From Tubulanus polymorphus (lineage: Eukaryota; Animalia; Nemertea), in the NCBI RefSeq assembly GCF_964204645.1, contig NC_134033.1, positions 4,860,231-4,924,230 on the forward strand: a DNA stretch of 64,000 bases, written 5' to 3'. Each line of letters starts with the position of its first letter. Position 1 is the stretch's first letter. A program made the position numbers and the translations under genes. The notes beneath the pieces were generated by a model that ran no database searches, was not told the origin of the DNA, and saw nothing but the letters and a program-made list of their open reading frames with translations. Below, in pieces: positions 36,764-49,829 of this stretch.

Positions 36764-37828
36764 ATGAATTTCAGTTCGCAGACGACTTCACTACTCTCTA
36801 CAACTACTAGAAATCCCTGCTCACCTTACTTATTCCAAAACGTATTGTCAATCAGCGTAAAACTAGCTGGAGGTTTTCCTATCAGTATCGTCGGAATAAT
36901 TTTGAATAATTTCAGCATTGTGATTTTACGTCGCCAAACTTCAAATCACATATCGCTCTACATTCTGCGATGTCTGGCAGTGGCTGACATAATCTTTCTT
37001 ACATTTCACATAATTCAAGAACCTTTTCGTTTCATTGTCTCCGGTTTGACCCAGGGTAGTCATATGTTCGTGATTCCTACGAGTATGAGTTGGGGTGTTC
37101 GGCCATGGATCTATCGGGTAGCTTGGTTACCGAGAACCTCAGCGCAAGTGACAAGGAACTGGATAACTGTACTACTAGTTTTAGAAAGGTCCTTTTCTAT
37201 CGCTAGGCCATTCTTCGCTAGAACTCATTTCACAATACCAAGGGTAAGAATTGTAGTTTGTTGTTTCTATATTATTTTTGGTATCTTAGGCTCTCCATTG
37301 ATTATCGGTACTACAGTAGGTATCTGGTTTTATGACGAATGTAATAAAGTCGTCATAAAATCCATCCGCGGAGCAAGCGATCCCATACGAAAATACTTCC
37401 TCACTGTATTTATGTGGATTGATGACTTTCCTAGTCCTTTGTACAAAGAAATCCTGCCTGCCTTAATGCTAATAATTTTCAACAGCCATCTGATATGGAC
37501 TCTGAGAAAGATAAGTTCTAGGAGAAAAGAAATGACACACGAAGGCGAACAAAGGCTAGACGTGAAAGCTATCAGGATAGCTGTAGCTATTGTTATTCTG
37601 TTTATCGTCTGTGAAATCCCTGCTTCGTTCCGATCTTATAACGAATTCATCGGTCGCTTCGTCAAAATGCCACCTATTAAATACTCTCACACCATCTATA
37701 CCCTTCAAGAACTGTTTACCGATCTTTTACCGACCTTAAACTCGTCTGTAAATTTCTTTATCTATTACTTAGCAAACGATAATTTTAGAGGAACTGCAAA
37801 AAAACTGTTGAGAAGGCGGCCGATTTAA
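36764..37828 (+). CDS. Intact intronless class A GPCR (FMRFamide-receptor-like, possible chemoreceptor), 354 aa
   Basis: 7 hydrophobic helices, LAVAD, RNW...ERS, CEIP, NSSVNFFIY, N-terminal NFS sequon. Confidence 0.93.
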   Translation: MNFSSQTTSLLSTTTRNPCSPYLFQNVLSISVKLAGGFPISIVGIILNNFSIVILRRQTSNHISLYILRCLAVADIIFLTFHIIQEPFRFIVSGLTQGSHMFVIPTSMSWGVRPWIYRVAWLPRTSAQVTRNWITVLLVLERSFSIARPFFARTHFTIPRVRIVVCCFYIIFGILGSPLIIGTTVGIWFYDECNKVVIKSIRGASDPIRKYFLTVFMWIDDFPSPLYKEILPALMLIIFNSHLIWTLRKISSRRKEMTHEGEQRLDVKAIRIAVAIVILFIVCEIPASFRSYNEFIGRFVKMPPIKYSHTIYTLQELFTDLLPTLNSSVNFFIYYLANDNFRGTAKKLLRRRPI

Positions 37829-40800
37829 ACTCCGTCGAGCGAAACAGATATATTTTGGATCCGTCCAGGCTTTTTTAGATTTCAGAGCCCCATCCCCAAC
37901 GCCATATTTGACGAGAATTTAACATGTGTGATTGCCGTTTAATCACTAAACCAGTTGAATTAAAAAGATGGAATAGAATTTGCAAAAATCACTCTGGATA
38001 CTTAAAGTTGATGAGAACATAAAAATAATGATTAATGCAACGTGAGCCAGGTACTTTGAAATGGATGTTGTCATTGCGAATTTATTAAAAGAACTGTTGA
38101 AGGTCTCTTTAAAACTGCGTACATTAATTACTTTTTTTAATTAATTAATTTTTTTAGAACATCAAATCTCTATATAGATTCAATTAACCCGATTGCCTTC
38201 TTTCTTACACTTTATGTCACAGTATCACTATCTCCGACGATCTTAGTTATTACATAATAAGCAAATTGCGATACTTTGTGATATTTGCTAACAGTATGAA
38301 TTCAAGCGTATATGCGGCTTTGTGTGATATGTAATACGTATCATAGCGAATGGACAACGAGAGGGTTGTGAAATCGGAGGAACTGACTCCGTGGAATAAC
38401 AATATACCGAGATCTACCTACCTAGAGTCGCCGTGACAGAAATGAAACAGCGCGAAATGGCTTCAAAATTATAACTTAAAAAGTTCGTAGCCACTATTAT
38501 CTACATATATAATAATTGTAATAAATCGTTGAATCTAATTCTGTCTTCTGTAATGAATTTCTATGTTCGCAATAAAACACTGATGTTCACTGGTACGAAA
38601 AACAACCGCTTCTATTACGAGATTATATGAAATTGAGAGGAGACCTCAAAATAACAAGAAACGAGTGATTTGAATCATCAATTAAAAAACCGCGTCTTCT
38701 AAAAATACATCCGAGAAATATCGACATCAAAACAAAATCGCGCGCCCAAAATCAGCTCAAATACCAATGAAATAGTTTACCCATATAAAACCAGAAAATC
38801 TAGGTTCCACAGGAATAGGGCCCGACCGAAACCGGCTGTCTGAACCTGAAACCAGTTGTACGTAAGTAAATGTCATTTGTATTTCATAAGAAGTAGAGTT
38901 CAACTCTTCAACTCTTCATCTTACTCAAATCACACTTAACTCACAAACTGTCAAAAATGTCCAATCAAGTTCAATTGTAAATAAATGCAACTTATTGTTA
39001 AAAGGTTCCACTTAAACTTACATATTCTGTATTTTATATCAACAGCTGAAATTATGTTTTAATTTAAAGATCTATCAACTAAGTATTCTAACCTAACCTA
39101 TATATTCGGCCTACCCATTCAGGCTAGGGTTTGGGGGTAGGGAGGAGGATACTGAAATTGAGAGACATGATATACAGGTCACACCGGAAATCTTCAGTCA
39201 CTCTGTCATCATCATTCAACTTAAGGTTCAATCTACTGTGACTAGGGGATCTTGATCTTCTCACTGAAGTAGAACATACAGGCCGCACCTGAATCGGGCC
39301 ACTCTGTTGTGTGCTGGGGGTGAAGACACGTACTCTGTGGCCCAATCTTCTGGGTTCTTGTCTCAGCGATGACCCTGAAATTGTCATGTTTATTTCAAGT
39401 AAAATATTTACATAAAAGGCGTTGTCTTATAAAACAATACATTTGAAAAATCTGAAATTCTGTAAAAATAGAAAAAAACCTGAAAACAGAGAGAAACCCT
39501 GGAATAAAAGAAGCATGGAATACAGGAACATGAAATAAAGATATGAGGCATAAGTAATAAACAAACTGCTATTTCTATCTGTAGACCCAGAGACCCACAG
39601 GACCCTGACGTAAATAACACCCTATTTACTAATTAACGCATTTTATTTAAAATTGTATTAATATTCATGCATTTCTATAACTTACTAACTCACCGAGTAA
39701 GTTCCTAAACTAATTAAACCTATAAAACATAATTTCGACTGTTAATGTTTTTCTAACTTACAATTTATCCAATCCTGTGTGTGTAATGTATGAATCCAAT
39801 GATAATCCTTGAGTCAATTTGAATCCTTGTGTTTTTTATAACAGTTCAGTTCATTGAGCACAGTTTATATCAATCCGGTAATTAGTTTGAGCGCGATTTC
39901 ATTCCAAATAAATCCTGAACAATAATACAATTCAAATTCCATTTAATTTCCAGTAACGGCTCAGTTTTTGAGAACGGTTTATCTTTCATCCATCCAGAAT
40001 ACATCCTAATATGTTCACAAGAGGGGTCTGCTTGTTTTACGGGAGACAGTTTGAGCACCTCTTTTCAGACTGGTTAACCATACACCATCGCGATAACCTC
40101 TAGGTGTGAACATATACAAGACACCCAGTTGTAATAATCTGTGCGAACGACAAGAATTGTCGAACACAATGAAGTTTCATATTTCATATTATCTAACTAT
40201 TGGGGTCACTGGTCATAATCCATCTTCGCTCTATAAACTGCGCGGCGACTCTAGTGAAGAAATCAATCTATTCTGAACTGCATGAAGTTTATATCGGTAT
40301 AAATCATAAATCTCTGATAGCAAAATGATTTAATTTGAAAATTGAATTATTAAAATTGCCGCGAAAACCAGCTTCCAAAACTTCATCATCAATGATTGGA
40401 CGCATAATTAGTCATACTCGTCGATGATTGGCTAATTTGTACGAAATATGCATAAACTGGATGATTTACGTAAGTTCTCAGCGGACTCGATATTTACGCG
40501 GGAACCTTACAAATGGTTCCACCTTCTTAGGAATAAAAGTTCCATTACTTCTGTGAAAATCCACCCTCCGAAGACATGGCTGACTTCAGCCCCGGAAATC
40601 CAGGAAGAAAGACACTGAATATTTGGATGGATGAAAGCTGTGGGTACTGGAGTGTGTAATGGGTAGTGTAGTGTGATCTGTGTGCATTTGTGGCCAGCAC
40701 ACAGATCACATTGTTCATTGGGTTTAGTCCAGGACTCGCGAGATTTTCAACAACACGGAAGTAACGTGTAATAAATGATGACTTGAATTGCATGACTACC

Positions 40801-41335
40801 TACCACCCCTCATTATTGTTGGAAAACTAAACGTTCCGCACGACTAAAAATTAGTAATAATAATCAATAACATTTTAGGAATGGCCAGAATTTTAACTTA
40901 GGTTCTATCTCTTTTTTATTTTACAATTGCGATTGGTATAATTTTTTTTAAACGGCCGTTAAGGCTTCATGTTTCGTCTGCAATTCACTGCAAATAGTTA
41001 CGCAACTACGCACATTTCAGTGTTTTTGGCAGCTGTACACTCAATCGGCACCGTTCGTGACTAGCTTCACTGCGGAATTATCATTAATCAACATCGCCAT
41101 ATCACATCATCATTTTATATTGTGCCTTAAAACCCTAACAGCCGAAATAATTGAAATACACACACGATTTCTATCATTGAAAATTGAGAGAATGGCCGTG
41201 TTTGTGTTCTGCTGCTTCACGTAAATCCCGCGGGGTGGCGCCACCGCGCGGATAGGGGCCTATACGTCCAGAGCCCTAGCTTGATGGTATTCGAAAATTA
41301 AAGTATGGGCACTCGATATGATGGACTTCTATATC

Positions 41336-41640
41336 CACGCCTCGGTGTGGAGCGCGGAGCGGTTAGAGCGTTCGGCTAATCAGGGAAGCCAGGTCGTGGT
41401 TTCGAACCCCGTACATTACCGCAGTGTCTTCGGGCAAGACACTTATTCTCATTGCCACTGTCCACCCAGGAGAAAATGGGTATCTGGCCTGATAGATGAC
41501 TCCGACTATTGCTCCCCAGGGAGAGATTACTGATATATGTGAGGGTATTAAAATCATGGTTGAAGTATTAATACCAAAAAATGTAAAGCGCTCCGAGCTA
41601 GATTTAGCGCTATAAAAGACACATATTATTATTATTCTCA
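41336..41640 (+). mobile_element. tRNA-derived SINE, inverted paralog of 17640-17945 together with its flanks
   Basis: 41266-41786 is the reverse complement of ~17491-18006. Confidence 0.8.
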
Positions 41641-42607
41641 TCATCATACTGGATATTGCTGTTATTATGCCTCTCGAACAGCCTGTCATATCTGTAAAGA
41701 TAATTACAGGTTACGATATCTAACCGTATAAAAGGGCAAAGTCGTACTACTCGATCTCATTAACGAGTTGCCAATCGAGTTGTGTTATTTCTGCATTATC
41801 ACATTTTTCATTGGGGTTTGGTCCAGAACTCACGAGATTTTCAACAACACGGAAGTAACGTGTAATAAATGATGACTTGAATTGCATGACTACCTACCAC
41901 CCCTCATTATTGTTGGAAAACTAAACGTTCCGCACTGACTAAAAATTAGTAATAATAATTAATAAAATTTTAGAAATGGCCAGAATTTTAACTTAGGTTC
42001 TATCTCATTTTTATTTTACAATTGCGATTGGTATAATTTTTTTTTAAACGGCCGTTATGGCTTCGTATATCGTCCGCAATTCACTGCAAATAGTTACGCA
42101 ACTACGCACGTGTTTTTGGCAGCTGTACACTCAATCGGCACCGTTCGTGACTATTTGTGGAATTATCATTAATCAACATCGCCATATCACATCATCAACT
42201 TATATTGTGCCTTAAAACCCTAACAGCCGACATAATTGAAATGCACACACGATTTTTATCATTGAAAATTGAGAGAGTGGCCATGTTTGTGTTCTGCTGC
42301 TTCGCGTAAATCCCGCGCGGTGGCGCAACCGCGCGGAGTGGGGCCGATACGTCTAGCGGCAATATCGTTCTTGACTCCTTGAAAGGAATTGTCGCCCATA
42401 GGGCTGATCAGGTCAGGAAGGTCCGATGATTTTTTTCATCTAATAATTTCACTTTTCTCTTCCTACATTTGATTATCTATAACACGCGGATATATTTACT
42501 CTATTATCAATGCATCTAAATCTATTAAACTTCCTCAACCAGAGCGATTGTTTTGGCTATGTATATACGACGGGTATAGGTGAATCAATCCTTTCTATAT
42601 CACGACG

Positions 42608-45600
42608 ATGAAGACGCGTCTGTTCTTTATTATCTGCACAGTTTTGTTGCAACTGGGAAATTTATACAACACACAAACATCTGGAGCTGAAAGTAAGTTA
42701 CTGCAGCCGCCATTACTCGATTTTGTGATTATATTTCAGTCAGATTTGCGAATTCGATGACGTTAGCTGTTTAATAATAGATTTACTACAGGCCCTAAAT
42801 GTAACCTGACAAAACAACAAATATAAACACATCTGGTTGACTTAATTTCACATGAAGTTTGTATCTTGATGTCTGGTTTGATAAAAAACGAGTCGCTTAT
42901 ATAATCACCTCACTAACCAGGGGCGGAGTCAGACGTCTGAGTAGAGGGGTCAAGTGCAGTTTTTTCCCAGGTATCTCATATATTTCAATGAAAAATACAT
43001 TCACCGTGTGCAGTGATTTCCGGCAGACGCCGCGAAACAGAAATCGATAAAGATTTGAATCATGGTTAATTTCATCATTAATATGATTCATGTTTATATT
43101 CATTTGTTTCAGTAATTTACGGGACGCCTCATTCTGCTCGAGATGCAAAACCCGACAATAAAACGCAAGGAGAAACGATTCGATATACTTGTAAAATAAT
43201 TGGCAGAAATTCTACAGTATCATTCCAAGAGAAGAGAAACGGTTCGGAACAATGGTTAACAGTTCCAGACGACCAGCTTAACAAAACTAAAGACAAACAG
43301 AATGTTGAGTTGGTTGAGCTAAAATTCCAAGCAGATTTCAAACGACACAATGGATCTTCATTTAGATGTCTTGTAAATGAAAGCCCAACAGATCCGGAAC
43401 CTATTCAGTTTGATCTGATCGTAGTTAAACGAACTGGTAAGTAACCGTTTGAGTTGCTTATTGAAATAATCAAATTATCTAGAACATTAACTTGCATTCT
43501 TGGTTTTCCTAGAAATATCATAGAGTCAAATTGAGCTGATAAAATGTCTGATATCTGGTGTTTGTAGAGTTCGTTTTTAGCCCATTTTGGACTTTAGTCC
43601 CAGCGGGCTAGTGCGTTCACTTTTCGTCCGTAGACGGGATCCAGTTATTTTGACGAAGTTTCAAGACTGGCAGCCATTGTTGTTCGCCAAAATCAGCACT
43701 TTTTCCACATTTTTCAAGTTTTTAAGGGAAATTTTGAAGAGACTTTTATCAATTATCGTGGTCTTTCGTAAATGTTTTCATCCCCCAAAGGGCCCATCAG
43801 CACGAGAAAAATTTGGCCGATAGGACTCAAGATGGTCGTCCTCTGACCTAGGCGCTACAAATATCAATCGATGTAGATTTTAATTGTGGTTAGTTCCATC
43901 ATTAAATGATTGATCTCACTATCAGAAATAATCTGAACACGAAGCATGGGAGGGGTTCGATAGCCTCTAACACCCCACCCCCCCCCCCTCCTTGGATTTT
44001 CTTCTGATAAGTTATTCGAAGTTTGACCGAGTACTGTGCTGGGGAAGGCTATTTAATGTGTACTGTGCTATATATTTATATTCATTCGTTTCAGAAATCA
44101 TTCCAATGCCAGATCTCAAAGGAAACCCCGACAGTAAAACACAAGGAGAAATTGTAAATTACACTTGTAAAATTGTCGGAAATTTTAATGCAACATTAAC
44201 ATTCCAAGAGAAGAGAAGAGCTTCAGAACAATGGGAAACAATTCCAGACGACAAGCTTCACAGAGCTAGCAAAAAGAATGTCCATTACGTTGTGCTAAAA
44301 TTCCAAGCAGATTTCAAACTGCACAATGGAACGTCTTTTAGATGTCTAGTAAAGGAAAGCCCAACAGATCGGGAACCTATTCAGTTTGATCTAATCGTAC
44401 TAGTTAATCGAACAGGTAAGTAACTGTTTGTATAGCGAATTGAATAAGTTAAACAATTTAGAACATTAAAACTTGCTTTCTTGGTTTTCCTACAAATATC
44501 AAAGAGTCAAATTGTGCCGATAAAATGTCCAATGTCTGGTGTTTGTTGTTTCATCCGTAGTTTCATTTTCTTTTAAAAATGTCCCTGGTCAAGTGCTGAA
44601 CACATGCGGAGAATGGACGACCAATTTTTGAAAGTATTCTTTTAAAGAATCTCATGTAAATATCATCTGTTTCGACATCGAATTTACTTTTTTTTCACGC
44701 ATTATTTTCGTTGGACCGCGGTTTGTTGCCTCCTCGTTGATGTATCTATTCCGTCCGTTCCTCCCGTACAAGAATAAATTTTGTGTCAACCATTTTACGG
44801 CTCTCAGTTTTAAGAGTCAGATTTCGTTGATTTCACTGTCTGGGCCCAGTTCCACACTTGTGAATTAAGAGTTGACTCAGAGTTAACTCATTGAAAATGA
44901 ACTAAATTAACTCAAGTTAACGCTAACTCAGAACTGTGGAACTGGATGCTGAAGCACTGTTGTCTGACTGGCCACGCAGGAAGTATTCTTTATTAGGCGC
45001 CGCATTCATAAACGGATCTCATTTCGTGTTTGTTGTTCATTTTATGCGAAAAGGCACATCGATTTACAAATCAGCTATTTTGCGTTCCGGGTACTATACT
45101 TAGTTAACGCGAAGATCCAGCATAAGGTTTTCTAGAATTTTTGCACAGTCAAAAGAGTGAAAAAATTGCCTAACATCATTAACTTCATCAGGTGACGGGT
45201 GGAAACCAATGGCATTTACTGAAAAATAGTCTAGGAGGAGGTATGACATCATGTGACCAGTGATAGTTAATTATTATTAGTCGTTACTACGGTGTTAAAT
45301 GCATATTTGTTCATTACGGAAAACACTTTTTTCCAGGCTACTTTGAAAGCAAAACCACACGCAGTGAAAGTTACTTTCAAAATGTAGTTTTTTTCTCTCA
45401 TTTCAGATGATTCAAGTTCCACTCAAATCCCGACGACTGAAACCACTACATTCGGGTCAGTATTCATTTCGAGCTAAAAATGTCCGACGGAAAAGGTTCC
45501 TAGACGATGTACGGGTTCCTGTTGTTTCGTAACAACGGCTGATACTAGACTACGTATCACACTCTGCTTTGCGGTCTATGTGTTTTGTAAAAATAACTTG

Positions 45601-47316
45601 ATTCGATATCTCGCTTGTCTCTGGTTTCTGAATAAGAATCACGTGCTGGTTGGTGTATTTATAATGCTGATGTTTAGATGTGTCGGGGTCAATGAAACTG
45701 GAATTGTAATAAAAACTGGGACATTCACTAATTATTCATGTCGTTTTCTACCATCAGCTGAAAATTTGGGAATAAAGGCAATCGCAAAATATGTGACATC
45801 GATGCCGCTACCACCAGCCCTGCTTTTGTTCAATTCTTCTCTGTTAATTAGTTTTTTGATTGTAAATTTCGTGCTTTTCATTCAGAGTTCGCCTGGTTAC
45901 TACTGAAGAAAAGTTTCGCTCGAAAAACAAGGTCATTATGAATTTAACTTATAATATCAAACTTTCATGTGGAATATAGCCCCCGGATCCATCGCACAAT
46001 TAATACCCACTTAACGTGGGGTTAAACAAAACAAACTTTGGAATAATTATATACATAAAATATAATTTTCATCACCTTAATATTTATTTATATATTCATT
46101 TTTTTTCTCAGACTGACCCAACCGTCCAACCTAAACTGGGCCAGACTGACCGCACCACACATGACTGGACCATGACGATAGTTTACATCATTAGTGGAGT
46201 TATCGGTTTCCTCCTCATCATCGTTATTATCGTAGTCATCGTTTGCAGGTATTTTACTAAACTAACACGGTAGATTTCTGAAGAGATTATAACTATGTCT
46301 GATTCGACCGAAGTTAGGTCGATTGTTGTCGTTAGTTCCAAGTCGAGTTTGTTGGTGACGTCATATATAAATGATAACGTAACAGCGCGCGTGTCTACTT
46401 ACTTCGATTTGAACATACACGACAAATGTTGTTATTATAATCTGGGCTTTCCCGACAAAATGGCTGATAACCAAAAAAAAACTAGTCGCATTTGCTTTTT
46501 GTCACAACAAAATAGCCTATAAGGAACGTGATAAAGCATTTTGATTTTATAATTGGTCGGAAAACAGGTTTTCGTAAGGTAGGCCTACTGGCAGTACATT
46601 AAACTGTTCAAATTCCAATAAAAAATGTCGAAGTTCCAATTTTCTCTAATTATTCTTCAAAGTAATGACGACTTTGATAAACTCATAGGAATTGCAGGGA
46701 CGGATCAATACACGAGCTTTTTATGCGGAGTTAACTCTTCTTTTCAAGAAGTTTTTCTAGATGCGGGCTTTGCAGTAAATGATCTGTACAGTATGATCTC
46801 TGATCAAAATCTTACATTATTTCAACATTTCTTTCTCGCTCGATTTCTTCAGCGCAAAACTACCCATTTTTCAGACGCAGGCGACTTTCCAGTGGAGATC
46901 GTGTGGACACTACACCCGAGTCTACAGCACCGCAGCAACAAGTCGAGATGGTGTATGGAGTCAACGAGGAGTTGAATGATGTCATAGATTCGGGTAACGA
47001 AACTGACATACCACACACCAGCAATCAGAAAGTTACTACAGATCCGTGCGTGGATACTGAGGCCACAAACAACAAATATACGACTCCTTATATGGATATG
47101 GGAGCAGGGGGAGACACGCATAGAGATCAGTTCTTGAATCCCGAACCTTTCGTGACGTATCATCAGTTAACGGAAGATACTGGTGAACCTGTGAAAGATG
47201 ATATTCAACATTATTCTTACGCTTCTGTTGAATATACTCACGATCAATTTCCCTTAAGGGCTGCCACTGGACAAACAGTAACTGATTGTACATACACAAA
47301 ACATACTAGGTTTTAA
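42608..47316 (+). CDS. Ig-domain ITIM receptor, copy B, ~467 aa; exons 42608-42692, 43113-43436, 44095-44415, 45407-45455, 45886-45931, 46112-46248, 46875-47316
   Basis: Same splice sites as copy A, 1404 nt and open; the only coding indels are in-frame (+3, -6); YMDM, VTYHQL and YSYASV retained. Confidence 0.85.
44843..44948. mobile_element. MITE with CTG TSD, present only in copy B
   Basis: Empty site cgtCTGaagc at ~8281-8290 in copy A; TIRs ccagttccaca / tgtggaactgg. Confidence 0.85.
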
Positions 47317-49829
47317 TATATCGTTTCAATGGTTACAACATCTGCTAAATGAAATCGACTAACTACTTTATCGCAACAATAATTGATTTCACATTTAGCA
47401 TATGATAATCAACCAGGTGTCTAGTTTGGTTTGAGTCTCTGACTTGTGCAGCAGACGGATGGGGCGTCAGGTCCGTCCACATCACTGCACCACGCAACTG
47501 ATGAACTGGGCTGTCCATAACATTCTCCCTTTAAAAAGGACATCACCGAGAAATATCGTTAATCTTTAGCAAATGTTTACTTTGGTCGAATTATATTCAA
47601 ACTGTAAATTGAAATTCCAATGATTAATCTTCAAAAATTAATCTTAAAATCGTTACCTTAAATAGAGTAAGCATGAAGTCAAATAGTCATTTGTAGCTTA
47701 ACTAGATTTTTTTTAGCAAGTATGAGCTTTGTCGAAAATTTGGTAATGTTTATGAGACAAGGAATGCTTTACGTAGATAAAAAGGATTTTCAACAAGGAT
47801 AGACACAAGGATAGATATAATTGTCGAACAGATATGTAAATAGATATAATATAGTATTATGTACAATCAGACTTTGTGCTGAAAAACCATCGTGAAAATT
47901 ACAGCTGGCATCAACTGTTTTTAACCAATTCCAAAAGAAAAGAAAGATAAAGTTAGAAAAGTCACTTTTTATGTTAATAGTTCATTGGTTATCTCGCTTG
48001 CCGCAAACTCTTAACGTTATTGGCATCGTTTGACAACTATGACGTCATGCCAATGCTAGTTAAATTGTTCGAAAGTCGTAGTAAAAATAACGCCGACGCT
48101 TCTCATTTTCGTAGTAACTACAAATTGAAACTCCGTTTACGTTAAATATTAGACACAGCTGAAAATGACTAAACATAATGTTGCGATTATCCCCATCAAC
48201 AAAGCGTCGCCAGATTTATGATTTAATGGTCCACAAAAGTTATTTCATCACATATTTGCTCGTTAATTGCTACCAACATGCATGTATAACTGGCTTAGAT
48301 TCAGAAATCTAAAAATGAAACTTCTGGGTATAACGAGGTCATGCGCCAGAATGTCAGTAGATGGCGCCACGTAAATGTAGATATAGTCGTTCTGGGAAAC
48401 CCAGAAATAATTTTGAAAAAATAAACGGCAACCCGAATTCGATTTTATTCTATCACGCCGTAACTCGCAAGTTTAAACACGGTTCACAACTCGAAAGTAA
48501 AACGGATCATGATAGCGACACGAATACGAATACGCTCCAAACATTTCCATGGTAAGAGGATGGAAAAAACGGTACTTAAAAATAATTACATAAACGTTAA
48601 TTAAAGCATTTAAAACTTCATAAACTGGACTCACATTCTACCGCAGAGGTCTCAACATCTACCGCAGAGATTCAGAATTACGATTTAGACCGGACCTGGT
48701 ACCAATTTCTGTCCACACACATACGTAGATTCAGACTGGTCCAAAATTTGGACCGAACCTGCTTCCTCTTTTAGAACCAAATTTAGACCAGTCTAAATTT
48801 CGTCTTGTGAACGCGCCCTTAGAATAAACCGAATTAGTCTTGGGTCTAACGACAACCGTTCCTGTTTATACTCCCAAGTAGGCATTTGGTCGGGAGCACT
48901 CGGAGATCTTCAGTGATGATGAAGAAATGCTTCGAAAATATTAACAGTAAGAAAAAGTATACAACGACAAAAACGATATTTATTATTTCAACAGAAAATC
49001 CGTGGACACACATTTCATGGGGTCGTGGGTGGTCGTGTACGTACGGAAGTGGATACGTAATGTCCTATCTATATGAGGTACAACCAAAAATTATCACGAT
49101 TGATCAGGATTCGCAATTGAGATTCACTTGGGGTAAATTGATGAATATGTACGAACAAACTACATTTTATCAAAAAACGCATTTGTCTTTTTAGTTTTTA
49201 TTAGGGATTTTTTCATGGTGTGGGTGGCATTTGACTTTCTTGAGAAACTAGTTTGTCGTGTGGTCTTAGGCTACCAACCGATGACTACTACGATCAACGT
49301 TCGTTATAACGCCAACATACTTAATGTGGTCGCTCACTTAACGCCATCGTGTTTCAGAGAACAAATCTGCCAAATCCAACACAAACGAAAATTCTATTCT
49401 GTATGAGATGTCAATTTTGTTATAATGCGGTGTGTTCAATTGGTCCCAATAGTGGCATTTAAAGGACTTCTACTGTATATCCATACGACACTACTTTACG
49501 TGTTTGACTACATCTATATTATGAACATAAGTTTAATGAATCACATTTGACTAATGCCCTACCGTAGCAATTTGTTTCGAAGTTCGACGATAAGTAGATA
49601 CTGTTACTTTTTTTATTGTGTCTACATTTTCCGAAGCTAACTTTCTATGAGTACATTTAAACGACTGTAAGACATCTCTAGAGAATGCTGAGCAGCAGGT
49701 TTGACTAGTTTGCCATCTAGAGGTAATACAAGTTATGAATCTGTCTTCAGTCTGGTAACCACGCCTATACCTATTAGATTACATCGTCCCGGGCATGAGA
49801 CCATCGGTTGAAGAGTTCTTTTAATCTAC

